From an uncultured Rhodopirellula sp. (GTDB lineage: Bacteria > Planctomycetota > Planctomycetia > Pirellulales > Pirellulaceae): DNA of 64,000 nucleotides. Each line of letters begins with the position of its first letter. Position 1 is the stretch's first letter. This document shows, piece after piece, positions 59,232 through 64,000 of the stretch. The notes under the pieces were generated by a model. That model did not search any database, was not told where the DNA came from, and saw only the letters and a list, made by a program, of their open reading frames with translations. The DNA is taken from contig CAXGAI010000002.1 in NCBI GenBank assembly GCA_964007735.1, positions 62,001 through 126,000 of the forward strand, given 5' to 3'. A program made the translations under genes and the position numbers.

Positions 59232-60449
59232 TTAGAATTCAACAATCGCATCGATACCAAATGCTGTTTCTGAATAATCCTCTGCAGGAATCCAGTCCGA
59301 TCGGATCTCTGGTCTTAAAAGAAACAGGCCTTTGCCTGGACGCCAGTTAGCCCCGACCGTAAAAGAGTTCTTTGAAGTCGAATTATCTCGCCACCATTCG
59401 AATCGGGTACCAAGACTCCAGCAGTCATCGATCTTGTAAATCAGATAGTTATTAAGTCCTATATCATCGCCCGGATCTGAGACGCTACTGGTATTTACAT
59501 AATCACTTTGTAATACGTATGTCAGATTTTCCGTCAAAGCTAAATCAAACACGATACTGTGTGAATACCCTTCACCTCGCCAGCCGAGGTTTCCGAAGGT
59601 GCTCATATAGGTCACCGCGATATCTTCGGTAAGGTTCTTAGCAAAACCAATGATTCCGTTATTTCCATCTTCAGATTGTGCAAAACCAGAATCCCACCCT
59701 AAAGACCAACCGAGATAAACCGTGGATTCATTCTCAGTGGTAAATTCTGTCAGGACACCTGTATGGGTAAAGGGCTCACTATTGAACATCGTTTGAGCAT
59801 GACTATAGAAGAAATTATGAGGAGCCGTCACTGTTTCATAGCCTACGGGGGTGAAAAAATGTCCCAACTTATAATTGAATTTCCCTATCGTGCCATGAAG
59901 ATACAGCTGAGGCATGGCCCAGCCATTCTTTCCGTCTTCCCAGTTATTTTGAAAGTCCCAGTTACCTGGTGGGTTGCCAAATGCCTGTGTATCGGGACCA
60001 TCCACTCCATAAACCACATCAGCCCGATACCCGATCATCGGCTTCTGTCCGTTCTCACCCGTTGGTTCACTCTCGATCGTCATCCACAACTGATGTAAAT
60101 TGACGCCGTGCGCATGATTGTTAAAGAGTCCATTGTTTTGGTCATGAAAACCGACTGAGGTCCAACCGCTAAATCTTGGTTGAAGATTCCAGGAACTGCT
60201 TTCTCGGTTACGCAATCTGTAAAGCAAGCCAAATCGTTCTCCAAGAATCTCACGTTCACCTACACCCTTCGGGGGGCCTTCTTCCCCGTCACCCTCTAAT
60301 TCATCTAATTTGACCGTCACGCTATGTAACCATTGAGGCTGTACGAGCGCAGCGGTATCTCCCAGTTCTTTGCCAACAGCCTGCGGTGGAAAAACACCAA
60401 CCAGTGTGCTTATTGAAAAACAAAGTGACAATATAATTTTTTGGTACAT
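59232..60449 (-). CDS. Outer-membrane beta-barrel porin (BBP2/OmpL-like), paralog 2
   Basis: MPQLYL, LGHFFTPVGYE, NFFYSH, EPFTHTG, RFEWW, RPEIRSDW, C-terminal Phe; likely ATG 60449. Confidence 0.85.
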   Translation of the reverse strand: MYQKIILSLCFSISTLVGVFPPQAVGKELGDTAALVQPQWLHSVTVKLDELEGDGEEGPPKGVGEREILGERFGLLYRLRNRESSSWNLQPRFSGWTSVGFHDQNNGLFNNHAHGVNLHQLWMTIESEPTGENGQKPMIGYRADVVYGVDGPDTQAFGNPPGNWDFQNNWEDGKNGWAMPQLYLHGTIGKFNYKLGHFFTPVGYETVTAPHNFFYSHAQTMFNSEPFTHTGVLTEFTTENESTVYLGWSLGWDSGFAQSEDGNNGIIGFAKNLTEDIAVTYMSTFGNLGWRGEGYSHSIVFDLALTENLTYVLQSDYVNTSSVSDPGDDIGLNNYLIYKIDDCWSLGTRFEWWRDNSTSKNSFTVGANWRPGKGLFLLRPEIRSDWIPAEDYSETAFGIDAIVEF

Positions 60450-60631
60450 CTGACAAAATATCCAAACCGAAATCTTTTGATACTCGTCATACCGAATCGT
60501 CTGCAAACTTCATTTGATCCAGCTTTTCTCAGTTTATTTATAAGGCCTAAGTATTTTCCTTCGATGAATGCTTACCAAAGGCAAAGATCGGTATTTAATA
60601 CTCCCAACCGAATACCTACCGATATCTACAC

Positions 60632-60666
60632 AAAAAACCACCGGCTCGTAAGAACCGGTGGTTTCT
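60632..60666 (-). terminator. Rho-independent terminator after porin paralog 1
   Basis: Minus strand AAACCACCGG-ttcttacgag-CCGGTGGTTTTTT. Confidence 0.8.
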
Positions 60667-60690
60667 TAGTTGTGAGATTATCTTTGTAGC

Positions 60691-61812
60691 TTAGTAGCTT
60701 AAGATAGCATCGACACCGAAAATAGTTTCTGTGTCTACACTGGTGTCATCCCAGTCAATTCGAATTTCTGGACGAATGACAAGATCAAAACTGGACTGTG
60801 GTCGCCAGTTAACACCTGTTGTCACAGAATACTCACTATCCTGTCCTGGAGTAGAACCGTTTCTCCACCATTCCAGACGAGCACCTACAGCAACATCATC
60901 AGAAACAGTGTAGAACACATACTGATTCACACCAATTTCGTAACGGGTTGTTGTATCGACGTAATCAGTTTGGAAAACGTATGACATTCGTTCGCCAAGA
61001 GTAATATCCATCACGATACTGTGAGTATATCCATTCTCAGTTTCAGAAATGTCACCGAAAGTCGTGACGTAATTCAAACCGATGTTGTCGCCTAAAGATT
61101 TACCTAGAGCGATAATACCGTTTGAACCGTTGGAATCAAAACCTGTATCCCAACCAGCAGTCCATCCGACAGTCAGATCCATGCCAGTTTCAGTCGTTTT
61201 ACTAGCGAGAACACCCGTGTGAGTAAATGGCTCACTGTTGTTCATCGTCTTAGCATGGCTGTAGAAGAAGTTACCATTCGCTTGAACAACTTCGTAACCA
61301 ACTAAAGTGTAGAACTTACCTAGCGTAATGTCCCAATCACCTAAGTGACCGGTTAAGTACAACTGAGGCATTGCCCAGTCATCTGCTTCGGTATCCCAAT
61401 CGCCGGCCTGGCCCGCATTAGGGTTGCCGAAAGCATTGGTGTTTTCTGCATGACGACCATAGGTAAGGTCAAAGTGATATCCAAGGCCAAATCCTTCAGC
61501 GTCAGAATCGGATGCTTTATCGAAAGCAAACCAAAGCTGTTCTACACCAACAGACTTAGCATTAGCGGCAGAGTTGAACAAACCGTCGGAACCGTCATGG
61601 TAACCAACTTGAGTCCAACCAGAAATTTCAAGGCCTTCGCCATCACGCTTGAAGAGGCTCCAAGTACCATCATCCGATGGTGAATCAGCAGCATCCTGCA
61701 AAGTGTAAGCGATTGGCTCTAGTACGGGCTGCTGCAATTCGTCGGCAGAAACGCCACCTGTCATAACAGCGAATGCAAAAGCGCCCAGTAGTGCGTACTT
61801 ACTGAGTTTCAT
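60691..61812 (-). CDS. Outer-membrane beta-barrel porin (BBP2/OmpL-like), paralog 1
   Basis: Signal peptide; MPQLYL, LGKFYTLVGYE, NFFYSH, EPFTHTG, RLEWW, RPEIRIDW, C-terminal Tyr; GGAGG RBS. Confidence 0.88.
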   Translation of the reverse strand: MKLSKYALLGAFAFAVMTGGVSADELQQPVLEPIAYTLQDAADSPSDDGTWSLFKRDGEGLEISGWTQVGYHDGSDGLFNSAANAKSVGVEQLWFAFDKASDSDAEGFGLGYHFDLTYGRHAENTNAFGNPNAGQAGDWDTEADDWAMPQLYLTGHLGDWDITLGKFYTLVGYEVVQANGNFFYSHAKTMNNSEPFTHTGVLASKTTETGMDLTVGWTAGWDTGFDSNGSNGIIALGKSLGDNIGLNYVTTFGDISETENGYTHSIVMDITLGERMSYVFQTDYVDTTTRYEIGVNQYVFYTVSDDVAVGARLEWWRNGSTPGQDSEYSVTTGVNWRPQSSFDLVIRPEIRIDWDDTSVDTETIFGVDAILSY

Positions 61813-62294
61813 TTCCCAATATCCTCCATAAAACTTGTATCTAGGAAATACTTGGCCCGCCTCACTTGCTCAGAGAACAAATCAAAGCCTTAAATTTCCC
61901 ACAACTATTACCTGGTATTCATCCATAAATACAAACAGGCAAAATGTACTTTTTGCTACACAACCATGTTTTCGGAGCTTTGGCGAAGAATAATTAAGAA
62001 CAATTAACCAACTTTGTGAGTGAAATGACAATTATTCCGCTTATTGCGATAACCTTTGCGGATTAGTTCAACCAAGACACACAAATTAGGTAAATCTGGA
62101 TAAGCAGGGTAAACTTTGCGGGCTAATTTACTTAATTCATTAATCACCACTTATGCATCGCAATCCATATTTTAAGGTAGTCCATCGGTTACCCCCCCTA
62201 CCTTTGCCGGATGATTGATAGTGATATACTGACAATCAGCAGCCTATTTTGAAAACGTTTACTCATCAGTAACTTTAGACCGAGAAAAACTCCG

Positions 62295-63353
62295 ATGGCA
62301 TTCTTCAAGAAATCGAAGAAAGAAGAGCAGCAGCCAAAAGACAGTGGATCAAACGCTCATCCCAACGGGGATGAAGCTTCGATTGAGGCTGTCGCAGCCA
62401 ACACGCCTGTTGATAATTCCGCAGCTGGTTCTCTATGGAGTCGAGTTCGGAAGGGGCTCAAAAAAACCCGCGACGTTTTACACACCGACATACGGGATAT
62501 TTTCAAATCCGAAGGGCAGCTTGTCGACGAGGAATTCCTCAACCGACTCTTTGCCATACTTGTGAAAACTGACATGGGAGCGAAACCGTCCGCTGAAATC
62601 CGCGACAATATCGAGCAAAAGTTTTCCGGGCGAGTCATTCAATTTGAGCAGGCTCTCGAAGAAATTCGCAGTCACCTAAAAACGATCCTCGCTCAACCTA
62701 TCCAACCAGTTCGCTATGCCGAGTCCGGTCCGACAGTCATACTTGTTGTTGGCGTAAACGGGTCCGGGAAAACTACTTCGATTGCCAAGCTCACTAATTA
62801 CTTTCAAAATCAGGGGAAAAAAGTCGTTCTTGGGGCGGCGGATACTTTCCGTGCTGCTGCCGTTGAACAACTCATTATTTGGTCTGAACGACTTGGTGCA
62901 GAAATCGTTACCGGGGAAGCTAACACAGACCCAGCCAGCGTCGCGCACCGCACCGTCGCAACAGCGATCGAACAGAATGCTGATGTCTGTATCGTCGACA
63001 CGGCAGGTCGTTTACAGACTCAAACCAACCTCATGAAACAGCTGGAGAAGATATTCCGGGTGATGAGTAAGCAGATACCAGATGCTCCTCATGAAGTCTT
63101 CCTCGTCCTCGATGCAACGGCCGGACAAAACGGAGTTAGCCAGGCTAAAGGGTTCTCCGAAGCTGCCAACTGCACCGGGATCATCCTCAGTAAACTTGAC
63201 GGAACAGCTAAAGGGGGCGTGATCCTACCAATTCGGCAGGAATTCGAAATCCCTGTTCTTTTTGTCGGTCAGGGTGAACAGGCCGAAGACCTGGCCCAAT
63301 TCGACGCAGATGCCTTCGTCAGTGGATTAATCGAACAGGAGGTTATCAGCTAA
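62295..63353 (+). CDS. ftsY: Signal recognition particle receptor
   Basis: GVNGSGKTT, ADTFRAAA, DTAGRL, LDATAGQN, KLDGTAKGG. Confidence 0.97.
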   Translation: MAFFKKSKKEEQQPKDSGSNAHPNGDEASIEAVAANTPVDNSAAGSLWSRVRKGLKKTRDVLHTDIRDIFKSEGQLVDEEFLNRLFAILVKTDMGAKPSAEIRDNIEQKFSGRVIQFEQALEEIRSHLKTILAQPIQPVRYAESGPTVILVVGVNGSGKTTSIAKLTNYFQNQGKKVVLGAADTFRAAAVEQLIIWSERLGAEIVTGEANTDPASVAHRTVATAIEQNADVCIVDTAGRLQTQTNLMKQLEKIFRVMSKQIPDAPHEVFLVLDATAGQNGVSQAKGFSEAANCTGIILSKLDGTAKGGVILPIRQEFEIPVLFVGQGEQAEDLAQFDADAFVSGLIEQEVIS

Positions 63354-63796
63354 TTACCGCTGCTATCCCCACCAAAGATACGATCCAACACACCGTTTAC
63401 AAATCGTGGTGAATCCTCGGTACCAAAACGTTTCGCCAGTTCCACCGCTTCGTGAATAACAACCTGTCCCGGCGTATCTGTCTGGGTCAATTCGTAAACT
63501 CCCAGACGTAGAATATTTCTATCGGTCGGTGCCATTCGGGATAACGACCAATTTTCAGAGCTCTCTTCCAGAATAGAGTCCACAAGAGATTTAGACTGAC
63601 GCAGTTCACCAATCATCTCTTTCGTAAATCCTGCTAATCCGGCAGATGCCCCCTGCAGGCGTTCGGCTACAAACTGATCTGCCAACCCGGGATCACCATC
63701 CGGGTTCAAGTCATCTTCAAAAAGAACCTGAACAACAATTTCCCGAGCTAGGCTACGACCGCTCAATGGCTCGTTATCTTCATCATGCTCAAACAT
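63350..63796 (-). CDS. nusB: Transcription antitermination factor
   Basis: RSLARE, NWSLSRM..DRNILRLG, VIHEAVELAKRFG...SPRFVNGVLD. Confidence 0.95.
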   Translation of the reverse strand: MFEHDEDNEPLSGRSLAREIVVQVLFEDDLNPDGDPGLADQFVAERLQGASAGLAGFTKEMIGELRQSKSLVDSILEESSENWSLSRMAPTDRNILRLGVYELTQTDTPGQVVIHEAVELAKRFGTEDSPRFVNGVLDRIFGGDSSGN

Positions 63797-63840
63797 GCCT
63801 CTATTCCTTTTTCGCCAGAGCGCGAGATTAATGCGTGTGA

Positions 63841-63999
63841 TTACCCGTTATTTGCCTCGGCAACCTGCCGCATGACACTTAAGGTTTCCAACATGGCTTT
63901 AGCTGCTTCTTCGCCCTTATTGCCCACCGTACCACCAGCACGGTTCATCGCCTGTTCCATCGATTGACAGGTTAGCAACCCAAAGCCTATCGGAAGTTC
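63841..63999 (-). CDS. ribH: 6,7-dimethyl-8-ribityllumazine synthase, C-terminal part (gene starts beyond the window)
   Basis: Manual translation [38 protein letters not shown]...; canonical ribH-nusB order; absent from the ORF track. Confidence 0.9.
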   Translation of the reverse strand, partial: ELPIGFGLLTCQSMEQAMNRAGGTVGNKGEEAAKAMLETLSVMRQVAEANNG

Positions 64000-64000
64000 A

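Overview
Bacterial genomic DNA, most likely a marine planctomycete (Pirellulales-like). That assignment is inferred from the DUF3500, PQQ-propeller, squalene-cyclase-repeat, VWA, BBP2-porin and mcsA/mcsB gene content. About 62 CDS are supported. I found no rRNA, tRNA, CRISPR array, integrase or transposase. The flanks are mostly housekeeping genes: glnB-glnD, mutM, trpBA, trpE, mcsAB, coaD, cobA-hemD, rpsT, pyrK, rluB, tatC, ftsY, nusB and a partial ribH. Two regions stand out. (1) A block of about 18 kb at 33.1-51.1 kb, apparently more AT-rich, reads as a light/singlet-oxygen stress system. A CarH/LitR-like MerR regulator with an altered cobalamin-binding motif (His to Tyr) is divergent from an 8-gene operon led by a sigma-70 factor. 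That operon includes TIGR01777, DUF523/1722, a flavin halogenase-like protein and a class II photolyase. The block also holds a 5-gene furan-fatty-acid-like lipid operon and a fasciclin/SelL-like/SDR/hemH operon. (2) A nitrogen-scavenging locus at 56.7-61.8 kb has two paralogous beta-barrel porins, a consensus sigma-54 promoter with NtrC-like boxes, and amtB with an acidic N-terminal arm. A strand-specific, highly structured RNA element of about 230 nt ending in a terminator lies between amtB and a P-II protein that lacks the uridylylated Tyr51. All family calls come from motif recognition by eye; no database searches were run.
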